NCBI RefSeq assembly: GCF_009914755.1
Contig: NC_060929.1
From: the human T2T-CHM13v2.0 reference genome, Homo sapiens
Strand: one strand, 5' to 3'
DNA: 64,000 nt
The notes under the pieces are model-generated. The model worked only from the letters and a program-made list of their open reading frames with translations. It was not told the DNA's origin and searched no databases. Position numbers and translations under genes: made by a program. Below are positions 24,582 through 37,312 of the stretch, one piece after another. Each line of letters begins with the position of its first letter. Position 1 is the stretch's first letter.

Positions 24582-24983
24582 TCATTTTTGTTATACATTA
24601 CAAGTAAGGCATAAAGAAATACAGTATCAGTATATTTTCTCTAACAATATATTGTGTTTCACTGCTTTTGTTTAACAACTTGGAATATAAAGGCTGTTTG
24701 CAATGCAGGCATAAACTTTTTGTTAATAAAAAACTGCATTTAATAAAAAAAAAACTATGCAGTGTATGCGTGCACATCTAGCAAAGCAGAAAAAGAGAGA
24801 AACGATGTATTGATGAAATGAATTAATACTAAACATGTAAATTGCCATTGCCTTTGGAACTGAGATTATAAATTTGTTTCATAGTCAACTGAGGTGTGAT
24901 TAACATTTAGGTACAAGGGTTATTTAACATTTAAGCACAAAGATTTCTCCATGAGTTACTTTGGATTTATAGGATCACTCTTA

Positions 24984-25145
<162 letters not shown>

Positions 25146-26374
25146 TTAAAATATAAAAATATATGAGAAAGAGTACTCTGACTTGAACAAACATGAAAAT
25201 AAATTTTAAATATACAAATGAAAATGCATATTCTCTTACACTTTATATTTCACCAAGTGGAGCAATTTACATAAGCATATTTTTGAAGTACATACAGTTA
25301 ACCCGAACCTAATGTATGTATTTTTCACATGGGTCTCTTGTGTTCAATGATATCAGCTCTACAATACAGCAAAAATTCTGGATCACATAAGGGATAGCTA
25401 TTAGACACAATTGTGGTTCGTAGATTCTATGTGACTTAGTTCTCCCTGACACTTGAGAAAGAAGGAATGGGGAAAGTTTGAACAAAATGCTAACAGCAAA
25501 TTATGTTTTAAAATGTGGATTTCTACTTTAAGGACCAAAATGTATGCCTAGCAAGACATCGTCAATGTCTGTTAAGTAACTGTTCTTAAAGCCTAAAAAT
25601 TCAGATAACAAATAAGCTGTTGTTTAGTTTTTCCTTAGAGTGCTTCCCAACAGTTTTATATATTTAATTGGTCTACTAAAGTAATTGGTAGAAAATGATG
25701 ACATAGCACTCTCTGAATTTTTGCCAACAGTGAAGATTCAAATACACATCCTGTGATAGGTACTCAAATTGTTAACTTAGTTGATATTTTGTGATTTTTA
25801 TGTTAAAATGAAACACTTAGAATCTAAAGGGCTTCATAATTCTTATTTATTATATAAAACAACATCAGGACTACAATTTCAAGATAATTTTTATGTTGAG
25901 TACTTTTCAGATAGAAAGCAAGAAGTTCATACATAAATTTTAAGCTAAGATATTTTAAGTTTCTAATAAAGTGTTTAGTTAAGTCCCATAGTTGTGTATT
26001 TATCTACTTTATGTCAGGAATTCCGTTAAGATTCTGGAGATAAAGACATGAGGAAGACAACATCTGTACAAAGCTACTGATTCTGGGGAACAATAATTCA
26101 GAAAAGCAAATGAAAACAATTCAGTGTTGACAGTGTTAGAACACACCACAGAAAAGCACTATTCTAAAATAATGTAAAGCATTAGTCTGAGACATACTGA
26201 CTTCAGTAAGTCCACATATAACTCAATTTTCTGCTTTATGGTAGGGTCTACCCCAAAACTGGAACCCATATAAATGAAATTCTTTTCTCAAATTGCTCTA
26301 GTTGTCTCAGCCTGGATGCCTGACAATCCTCAGATTGCAAACTTATTTTGAATAAATAGGTAAATAAATATGTT

Positions 26375-26509
26375 TGACAAGTTAATGGGTGCAGCACACC
26401 AAGATGGCACATGTATACATATGTAACAAACCTGCATGTTGTGCACATGTACCCTAGAACTTAAAGCATAATATTAAAAAAATAAAAATAAAACAAGAAT
26501 AAAAAAAAA
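26375..26509 (+). mobile_element. Very short 3' tip of an L1PA (L1PA5/6-like) with A tail
   Basis: gttaatgggtgcagcacacc..ggcacatgtatacatatgtaacaaacctgcatgttgtgcacatgtaccctagaacttaaag followed by an A-rich tail. Confidence 0.85.
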
Positions 26510-26739
26510 CTTCGGAGTGACTCGAATGGTTAATTTATAATAAATATTATTTTAATCATAGATATTGCAGGACTACATAAACTATTCAATTAGGTCAACC
26601 ATTCTTGCATTAATGTATTTATGTACCATCATCAGAGAAAATTCAGAAAGCATTTGGTAAAGAAAAAAATCAGGATTTAGACAACGAACAAGATTTGAGT
26701 TTTATCTTCAATTTTATATTATGCCAATTTTACACATCG

Positions 26740-27131
26740 TGGAGAAATAAAAAGCATCCTCTCATGTCTGGGATTGATTTGACATACTATTACAAGCTGG
26801 TCTGACACAGCCAGGTTATTTTGATCTCCTATTGGACATAAACTCACAAGATAGCAATTTTGGACAATATTACTCTGAGACCATAAGAAATAAACAAAGC
26901 CACTTGACAATTTGTTTCTAAGCACAGATATAAACAAAGTCACTCTGCCACCCACAAAATACATAATCACAGAATTGCCCCAACTTTTTGACAGCATCAA
27001 ACCTCTAGAGAGAACCCTTACTTCCTTAGACTCTTCCCAAGATCATCCAAATAAAGTCCAAATCCTCTAGTAGATTCCTTCTAACACTCTCTTATTAAGA
27101 CATCCCATAGTTCCTTGTGGTATGTCTCTCA

Positions 27132-27208
<77 letters not shown>

Positions 27209-27314
27209 CTCCTCTCTCTCTCTCTCTCTCTCCCTCTCTCGGCAACAAGTAATAAACCCAATATGTCTAATTGCAGATGTGCTCCTAGTGGCCTTTGGCA
27301 GTAGAACATTGACA
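26740..27314 (+). mobile_element. Probable old solo ERV LTR (MER-type), family uncertain
   Basis: Ends gcaacaagtAATAAAccc...ctagtggcctttggcagtagaacattgaCA, an LTR-like R/U5 end. The 5' boundary is approximate. Confidence 0.45.
27134..27240. repeat. (CT)n/(GA)n microsatellite, about 107 bp, interrupted
   Basis: Visible directly. It explains the poly-SL and poly-ER ORFs. Confidence 0.97.
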
Positions 27315-27379
27315 TCATCAAGAGGAAAGGAACCTGCCACACCTGCGAATTTTCCAGATAGGTAGGGCTTATTAGTTAG

Positions 27380-27757
<378 letters not shown>

Positions 27758-29000
27758 TAAATTTATCAAACTTCAATGAATTAATGTAATGATGATGACT
27801 ATGTGATTTAATACAATCATCACATATATCATCAGTGCAGAAGACCAAGAGTGAGCAATGTTGCTTACTCTTGAGTTCTGTGCCTTTACCCTAAATCAGT
27901 CCTGCTCAAGGTGTGGTTGGCAGATAACTGCCATTTGCAAACTGTTAATTAGAGCACAAAAAATGAAAAATACGTATTTAGACACTTTCATAACAATTTG
28001 AAAAATAATTATATATATTCAGTCTATTAAAAATTAAAGCTTGTGTTTTTTGGTCTTTTCTATTTTAGTTTTCAGTAATTTGTCGTCATTATTATTATAT
28101 TTTACAAAATTATCCATCTGTAATGGTTTGGAAATTTAAAAATAAATTAGGAGAGATCTTTTACCACAGATAGTTTGAAAAGCACTGAGCACTGCCTTAA
28201 ATGACACCCAGAGAACTTTTTTCCCCTCCCTTTCTTCCTTCTTTCTCTCCTTCCCTCCCTCTCTTTGTTCTCTCCCTCCTTACTTCCCTTCCTTCCTTTC
28301 TTTTTTGGCTTTTATAACCACTTCCCACAGTTCTTTCGTCTCCCTCCCTTGCTGTCCAGCTTTGGGCTATCATTTGTAGCTGGAACAATGCCTACTTTGA
28401 GAAGCCCACCTACAAAAGTGTTGTTAATCTACAGTTGGCTGAAAATTCAGATAACAACACCAGTTTAGATTTTATGCAAATTTAAGTACATAAATTATGA
28501 GTGTCTGACTAGGCTCTCTTTTATAATAGAAATGAGCTTTGAAGCATGGGCTCTATTTTGGCTGCTCAGGGACAGCTTTCTGGGTTTCATGTAGTTTTCA
28601 GTCATTTTGGGGGATGATTGACATTGCCATGAAAGGATCTCCCAATACAAAGTGTTACCTGGATAATTTGACGTGAATCATAGGATAATGCTCCTAATTT
28701 TAAGGAGTTTATGTCTCATTCTAATAATTCCTAGTAACCATTTACAATTACAGGACAGCACAAAATGTCCCAAACTTAGGTAATGCCTTTGGCTTATCAA
28801 AAAGTATTACAGAATGAGATTGCTAATCATACTAGAATGTAAACTCTGTCTTTGCTAGTTTTCAGAGAACTATTTGTACTTCAGAACAGATGAAACTATT
28901 TAATAAAAGGTCCACTGCATTGTAGCAGGGTTTAAATCTACCTTCTCCAAAGAACTATTATTACTACCAAGTGACAACTGTGCTTAGAAAATTTAGCTTT

Positions 29001-29572
29001 TGTTCTTGCGATAGTTTACTGAGAATGATGATTTCCAATTTCATCCATGTCCCTACAAAGGACATGAACTCATCATTTTTTATGGCTGCATAGTATTCCA
29101 TGGTGTATATGTGCCACATTTTCTTAATCCAGTCTATCATTGTTGGACATTTGGGTTGGTTCCAAGTCTTTGCTATCGTGAATAATGCCGCAATAAACAT
29201 ACGTGTGCATGTGTCTTTATAGCAGCATGATTTACAGTCCTTTGGGTATATACCCAGTAATGGGATGGCTGGGTCAAATGGTATTTCTAGTTCTAGATCC
29301 CTGAGGAATTGCCACACTGACTTCCACAATGGTTGAACAATGAGAACACATGGACACAGGAAGGGGAACATCACACTCTGGGGAATGTTGTGGGGTGTGG
29401 GGAGGGGGGAGGGATAGCATTGGGAGATATACCTAATGCTAGATGACGAGTTAGTGGGTGCAGCACACCAGCATGGCACATGTATACATATGTAACTAAC
29501 CTGCACATTGTGCACATGTACCCTAAAACTTAAAGTATAATAATAAATAAATAAATAAATAAATAAATAAAA
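29001..29572 (+). mobile_element. L1PA2-like 3' fragment with 5' inversion (twin priming)
   Basis: 29001-29338 is antisense ORF2 end; 29333-29572 is sense 3' UTR (gcattgggagatatacctaatgctagatgacgagttagtggg) with a (TAAA)n tail. Perfect 15-bp TSD agaaaatttagcttt at 28986-29000 and 29573-29587. Confidence 0.93.
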
Positions 29573-31779
29573 AGAAAATTTAGCTTTGCTAGTGAGCAAA
29601 GGACAGAGTGGAAAACTCAATCCAGCGTTCTGGCTCTGCTATCCAAAGAGCTAATTAAGTGTACCATTTGTCAAAGTCAATGGAAACCCTGTGTCTGGAT
29701 CACTTAAAAAGACATTAAAAAGAGAAATGGGGTCCAACAGCAGACGAAAGGAAATTTCCTATTCTTAAGTGGAACCCATGCTCATATGGCATGTATCCTA
29801 ATGTATCGTAATATCCTATAAAACTTTCAATGCAATTTTGGTAGCACTTTGACAACAAATTAAGTAATTATGCCTTTATTTCAATGCATATAGGAACACT
29901 AAAAATCAAATACTTTCAAGTGGCCAAAGTATAGTGCTATGGACCTTTTAGCTTTATCAAATGATAAGGGCTACAGGAATAAATTCACAAATCCTCTGCT
30001 ATAATATACTAAAACAATCATAAGGAAAGGAGATGAGATTGATGCAAATGTATCTATTTCCATTTCTATCACTTTTATGTCTTTTTTCCTCTTTCCTTTC
30101 CCAGGTGAGAGAGATGGGTATTGAATGAGTAAATAGTCAACTGACCTGGAAAAGCTAGCTGTACTGGAGAAACTGGGCTGAAACTGGGGAACTTTAAGAT
30201 ATGCAGTCCAGCACTGACTGAGTGCTGATTAGCCAAATCAGTAATTTTAGCAGCACTGTGGCTATGCTATCCTATATTTATAGTCTTTATATTACGAGAT
30301 AAGAGGAGGAGAAAAAGAAGGTCAATAAACCTGATAGGTCAAACTCTGTTATAATCCCCTTACAGGATCACATAGATAAAGCTGAAATAGAATTTAGAAG
30401 AGATTGAATCTAAGCTTTGTTCTACAAAGTGGAAAAAGGCACAGAGAGATTTAGTGACTTGTCCCACTGTAAGCTGATATGTCCCTTTCATGTATTGACA
30501 TTTTTGCCCCTTCTAATTCAGGCTGAGCTGTACAGCAGTAAGCTTCCATTTGCTTGCTGTGTGTGTGTGCACCAAGAGTGACAAAATGGATTCATTCTTA
30601 AAGAGAATCAGAATCAACATTGACAGTTGCCTACCTCACAACCAGACTATTCACATTGCCAAGATTTCATGGAATCCTATTTGTTTAAAGGAAGAACATT
30701 CCAATCACAACAGTAAGCCAACATACTTATATCCTTAGATGAAAATATTATAGGTCACTGTTTAGGGTAAAGTGAGGTCCTAAATATATATTTTCAGTAA
30801 TTATTATTCATGTTTGCATGGCATTTAATAATTTTATAAAGCACATGCTGGTTTTTTTTTCTGCAATCTTTATAACAACCCTGTAAAAGAGTTAGGGCAG
30901 ACTGATGATGGTGATGATGATGATGATGACTATGACAATAATGACGACTTTTTAAAGATATGCAAATGGAAGTTTGGCGAGATTGGTGGGCCTCTCGTAG
31001 ATCACAGAACCAGTTCATAAGCATGTCTGTTCTCTTCATGATCAGTGCTCTTTCTGTTGCTCGATATCTTTCATTATCTATTTACTGCTAAAACATTTTT
31101 TATACTTAAAAACAGATCCCTTTCTCACATGAGGTAATTTGTGCTCATTAGTAATTATAACCAGAAGGCTCAATTTACTCAGTAAATGTCACTTGTTATA
31201 TAAATGGTGAACTAGTAATTTGCCAAAGAGAAAACACTTAGGCCCAGAAAGGTTACAAATAGATGTGTTGGAATTTTTTTCTTATATATTTAATTTATAG
31301 CCAATTTTAGAAAGGGCTTATAGGAAGCATGGGAAAATTATAAGGTAACACATAACATTATCTAAAAACAGACTCTTCCTCAAATTTCCTTAGGTGTTTC
31401 AACTCGCATAATGTTAAACGTATTTTTCCTTTTTTAGAAGTTGTTAAGAAAAACAAATTTTCTATTTATAAACTGTAAAATAATAAATAAGTTTAACAAA
31501 AAAATAAAAGAAGTTTTTGAAATGCTTACTGGTCTTTTTTGGAAAATATGTGAGGAAAGAAGAAGGTATTATGGCATTACCCCATTTAAAGTAGTAGAGT
31601 TATATATTGATACCTCCTACTCATCCTATTAACTACTCTCCAGGAACTGTGCATATGGTTGCATGAAATTCGTATCTTTGCTGTTCACCCCTCCTCCACA
31701 GCTAAACTCATCATTCCTCAATGTCTACTGTATTGATAAGCACCATTACTTAATCATAGTAATGATATCTGATGCATCA

Positions 31780-32049
<270 letters not shown>

Positions 32050-32130
32050 TTAGCTATTAAACTATAATTAAATTCAGTACTTAGATGCAGAAACTGCTAG
32101 TTTCCTATTTAAGATTTATAATGTTATGTA

Positions 32131-32143
32131 TGCCCCCTGGTGG
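32131..32143 (-). promoter_or_regulatory. Candidate CTCF binding motif
   Basis: tgccccctggtgg reads CCACCAGGGGGCA on the minus strand, a near-consensus CTCF core in very AT-rich sequence. Confidence 0.55.
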
Positions 32144-33879
32144 TATAATAGAATACTAGACGGTAAATAATTTATACGTAAGAGTTTATATAATTCAGGA
32201 CAGCAATTTCATAATCATTGAATGCCCAATTAAATATAGTTACTGTTCAACAATGCTTGGAAACTTCCAGATGAAAATAAATCAAGCTATAATAGATGCT
32301 GTATTCATAATGGATACTTTGACATTGTAATTCTACAAAGAAATCAATGTCATTGATTCTAGACAAACATTCTCCAGTTTTATTCCTTCTCAAGATGTTA
32401 TTATTTACAACAATATGTTGTAAATAATAAAAACAAGATGTTATTATTTACAACAATAAGATAATTTAACATAACACCACATTATATTTAACAGAATCAT
32501 CTCAGTGCTGCTCTTTGTATAAACTTTTAGACAAACTTTGGGTTTTAGTCCATCCACATAATGGAAAAATTAATAATGACCATTCTACTGGACAGCTATG
32601 TGGAGAGGTAGCAGCCGCTGATAGCTTCAGGTAGAAAACAGCCTATTGTTAAAGGTAGAGCTGCAACCTAAGGCTCTATTATATTTGGTAAGAGGGCACA
32701 ATTTGGGGATTTTATTCTTGTATGTGAAAGAAAGATTTTTTTTTTGAGGAGGGTATATCCTCAATAACAATCTAATATGAGAACTTGAGCTTTTTACTCA
32801 AATAATTTTTCAAAGTTGATCTGCCATAATCATCTGAATATTTGGTAAGTCACTATGCTGAACACTGTGAGGAGTTAAGAAGTAGTTCTATAATTTAATG
32901 AAGATATAAAAACAAGTGAAATGTTAGACAAGAATTCCTATTCTATCAGTCTACGGCCACATCTGATTAGGACTTATGCTAATGGTACTAATTGATTAGT
33001 CTCCATAACACTTCTGCTATTACCTTCTGTTCCCACCTCCATGACTTTTTTCATCAAATATAATTCCCTTTCTTTATCTTGAGCCTCTCCTTCCCTTATC
33101 CTACAACATATTAATATTTTGACTTTATTTTATCCATCTAAATAAACTATTGACATATTTACATATCAGCATAAATATTTATAGCTAAGCTTTTTTTGAA
33201 ATAGTTCACAATTTTTGCCTTATGCTTAAATTTTCCCTCGCTGTTTGTTTACCTCCAATCTGAATTCCGCTTCCACCTCTCCACTGGGTATGCTCCCAAG
33301 ATCAGCAGTGATTTTCTGATTGTAGAAACTCATCATTTTTCAGACCTTCTACTATTTAATACTTCTATGACAATGTTGATCTTGAATTTCTCTCCTTAAA
33401 CATAATCACTTCCTCTTACCTCCCTTATTTCCCTTTTCCTGGGCCCTGTTACACCAATAATCCATTAAATGTATGTTCCCCAAGATTTCATTCCTGGAAT
33501 TAGTTTCTCCCTGCCCCTCGCCCTCGGCCACATTAACATGGATGACTGTCAATTCTATATCCCAGGCAGGCTTCACTTATTTCCCTAGTTCCAAACCTGT
33601 TTTCAACTGCTTGCTGGGTATATATACCTGAGTGACCTTCAAATTCAATATGCCCAATATTTCTCCAAATTTTTCCTAGTTCAGAACATCATTATCTTAA
33701 TTCTATTACTCAACATGCAAAACTTCAGCTCCCGCTTGAATTTCTCACTCTTCTTTACATATAGCTTAGATTCAGTGGATCACCAAGTCCAGAACCTTAC
33801 TAAAATATGAATTTAACTTTCCTGAAATTCAGGGAGGTAGATACTATTACAAATAAGAAAACTGAGTCACAAAAAAGCT

Positions 33880-34145
33880 CATAAACTTAAGTGGCAAAGT
33901 GAAAAAGCAGAATACAGAATGAGGATTACCAGCATCTGGAACAGGGAGTAGGTCGTGAGAACGGATGGGGAAGGGGGAGATATCAGAGTGCAAAAATTCA
34001 GTTAGACAGAAGGAATAAGGTCTAGTGATCTATTTCACAACATGATAACTATAGTTAATAATAATGTATTGCATTTTTCAAAATTGCCGGAAAAAAAAGT
34101 AGAGTCAGATTTTAAATGTTCTCACCACAAAGAAATAACAAAAGT
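33880..34145 (+). mobile_element. L1M 3' UTR fragment
   Basis: ttcagttagacagaaggaataaggtctagtgatctatttcacaacatg..ttttaaatgttctcaccacaaag. Confidence 0.7.
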
Positions 34146-34222
34146 ATGGGGGTTGGAGGGGCAGTGAGCTGAACAAATGCAATCTGGCCCTGAAGCTGTG
34201 CTCTTCAACACTGCACCTATTA

Positions 34223-34432
<210 letters not shown>

Positions 34433-35209
34433 TCAAAAGAGAAAAGAAAAATACATTTTTGTGTTGCATCAATAAATGTTTAAAAACCATAAGAAAAATC
34501 AACCATTATATTATTACATTTTCTTTTGAGAAAACAATTTTAAACTCACTCAATATTATGTGGTTTTTAAATAACATTAAAACATTTATATCAAGATTGA
34601 AATGCTAGTTCAGCCAAAAAACTTTTATAAATCATCTCTACACTACATATAATGACCAACACTAAATGTTATTTTGTTCTATGCCCTTTAGAACAGTGTT
34701 TTTCAAATTTCAAGTCATGCCCCTTAAGTGAGTCATGAAATCAATTGAGAGGAGATTTTTAAATAAAATAAAAGAGAAGAAAAAATATATTTTACTGTAC
34801 AATTCCTTGTTTCAGTATATAAATGAGTGTATATTATGTTATCCGAATTGCAATGCAAAAGGTATTTATTTCTAAGCATCTCTGTCAAAACAGTTTGAGA
34901 ACCATTGCATTAGATAGTGTTGAGAACTATCCTACTTCTGCATAGCATGCTGTGCTAAGCTCCCTATTCCCTCATGAAAAAAGACCTCTCACAGGGTCAT
35001 TATTAAATAAGCAATGCAAAATCTTACTTCTGTAAGATTAGTAAAAATATAGTTTGTTTTACACAGACTACATAAAATGGAATGTCTGAAAAAATATATA
35101 ATCTGCAACATTTTACAGAAAATTATAAAAAACACATTAACTATAGAAATGGAATACAAGTTTCTAAATTGTGGAGAAGACCCAAATAACAGCAATAGCT
35201 GTCAGTATC

Positions 35210-35211
<2 letters not shown>

Positions 35212-35249
<38 letters not shown>
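35212..35249. repeat. (TG)n microsatellite
   Basis: Visible directly. Confidence 0.97.
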
Positions 35250-35251
<2 letters not shown>

Positions 35252-36944
35252 CTCAAAATCCTCTTAACAGCAATGCAGGGTATCATGTAATGATATACAT
35301 GTAAAAATAAAATAAAATTAAAAAGATAAATCTAATGAAATCTCAGTGCATCATCCAAGACTATAAAGTAAATAAGTAACATTACTGGAATTTGAACCCA
35401 GGAATGTATGTATTGCTCCAAAAGCCATGAGCTTTCTACTATGGCAGTGATTTCCAAATATTTTTTATTACAAACCTCTATCATTACTAATAAATTTTGA
35501 GAATGCATCATTAATATTTATAAATGTATTCATAAAGTATAAACATACACCATTTGTAGACTTATGAAGTATGTAAAAATAACATGTTTATAAGGCAACA
35601 ACTTTGTTGTAGTACTGTGTTTCTCTAAGAGACCGAAGTTAAATGTGAAAAAAATATTTAAAAGAATACTGAAATACTCTAGATGACAGAATTAAAGGAA
35701 ACTACTCTCATAGATATAGACAATGAGTGAATAACTAATCAGAAGGAGGATAATTTAATATTTTTCAAGGACTAGAGATAAATACTGAAAAAAAATATAA
35801 TATTCAAAAATGTAATAGGGGACAAAACAGAAAATACATGACAAGCATGTCAGCATGAATAACATTTGTATTTATATCTCAATTTGGTCATGGATTTCAC
35901 CTGACCCAGAGACTATCTTTAGTTATAGCTATACTTGAAAAATGATTTTAAAAGCTTGCATCTTAATATTCTTGAAGGCCAAATTTTTATTGACAAATCT
36001 ACCTTTCCATATTGTATACTGGACTTTCTATGTATTGTTCTTCATGTATTATTTGTGTACATATTCTCTTTGTTGTTTGACAACTCAAGCTTTGCCTCCT
36101 ACATTTAATTTCTGCTTGTCAGTTTCTCTTTCTCAGCTCTCCCACATTTCCTTCATTCGACCTTTACCTCCTTCTTCTCTCTTTCTATTTCCATCTCTTC
36201 TTCTCTTTTTTTCTGATACTTTTATCTGGCTGTAAAATTGAAGGCTGGATAATATTTATCATGTGTTGTATTTTAATAGTTATATGTTTTTGGTTCTTGC
36301 ATAGAATCTTGACGATCACTGCATATGTTTCTATCTAATACATATAAAACTGTTGCTGCTTATATGTTATTCTCTATACTTCAGTAAGCAGAAGTCAATC
36401 ATTAAGAATATTGTACACTTAGAGCTAGATTGAAAGGAAAGAATGTAAACAAAATATAAAAGAAAATATATTCGGGGATCATATGTTTCTGGATCTATTC
36501 AACCCTGAGTTACTTCTCCAAAGGGGAAACAAAACTGCATATAGAGCGGGTGATGCATCTTTGATAATACCCTTTAATAAAGCATTCTGTCAAAAAGAAA
36601 AGAACAAAAGGGAGGTTTCCAATAGTCTTTCAGATATGTAATGAAAACCCTACAAAGGCAAGGAGGACAATTAAAATGGTTTCTTGCCTGGATTCAAAGT
36701 ACTTATAGAGCATGCTTATTTCCAACAGATAGTTATATTAGCTAGAATAATAAAGAGCAAGCTTTAAAAATAGTACATCTTGGGATTCCAGTTGAAGACA
36801 GCTGACTAGAGACACTGCATACTCATTCTCTCCAGAAAGAAGAATCAAAATTATGAAGCAATAATCATGCCTCAGATGGAACAACTAGGAGAGAACACTG
36901 GAGTCCAACAGAGAAGTTATGGGAAATACCTGAGACACAGAAGG

Positions 36945-37312
36945 TGATATGGTTTGGCTCTGTGTTCCCACCCAAACCTCATCTCGAACTATAATCTCAC
37001 ATGTCGGGGGAGGGGCCCAGTGAGAGGTGACTGGATCACGGAGGTGGACTTCTCCCTTGCACTTCTTGTGATAGTGAATTCTGGTTGTATGTTGTGTGCG
37101 GCACTTCCCCTTTCACTCTCTCTCTCCTTCTCTAACATGTGAAGATATGCTTGCTTCTCCTTCACTTTCCACCATGATTATAAGCTCCCTGAGGCCTCCC
37201 AGTCATGCTTCCTGTTAAGCCTGTGGAACTGTGAGAATATTAAACCCCTTTTCTTCATAAATTACCCAGTCTCAGGTACTTCTTTATAACAGTGTGAGAA
37301 TGAACTAATACA
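36945..37312 (+). mobile_element. Solo MaLR LTR (MSTA/THE1 group)
   Basis: TGATATGGTTTGGCTCTGTG...GAACTAATACA termini; 5-bp TSD gaagg (36940-36944 / 37313-37317). Confidence 0.92.

Noticed and set aside
28964-29620. 218-aa minus-strand ORF
   Set aside because: It is a chimera of antisense 3' UTR and inverted ORF2 end produced by twin priming, with no splice or promoter support.
30794-31039. Poly-His ORF
   Set aside because: It comes from a (GAT)n simple repeat within MIR-like sequence.
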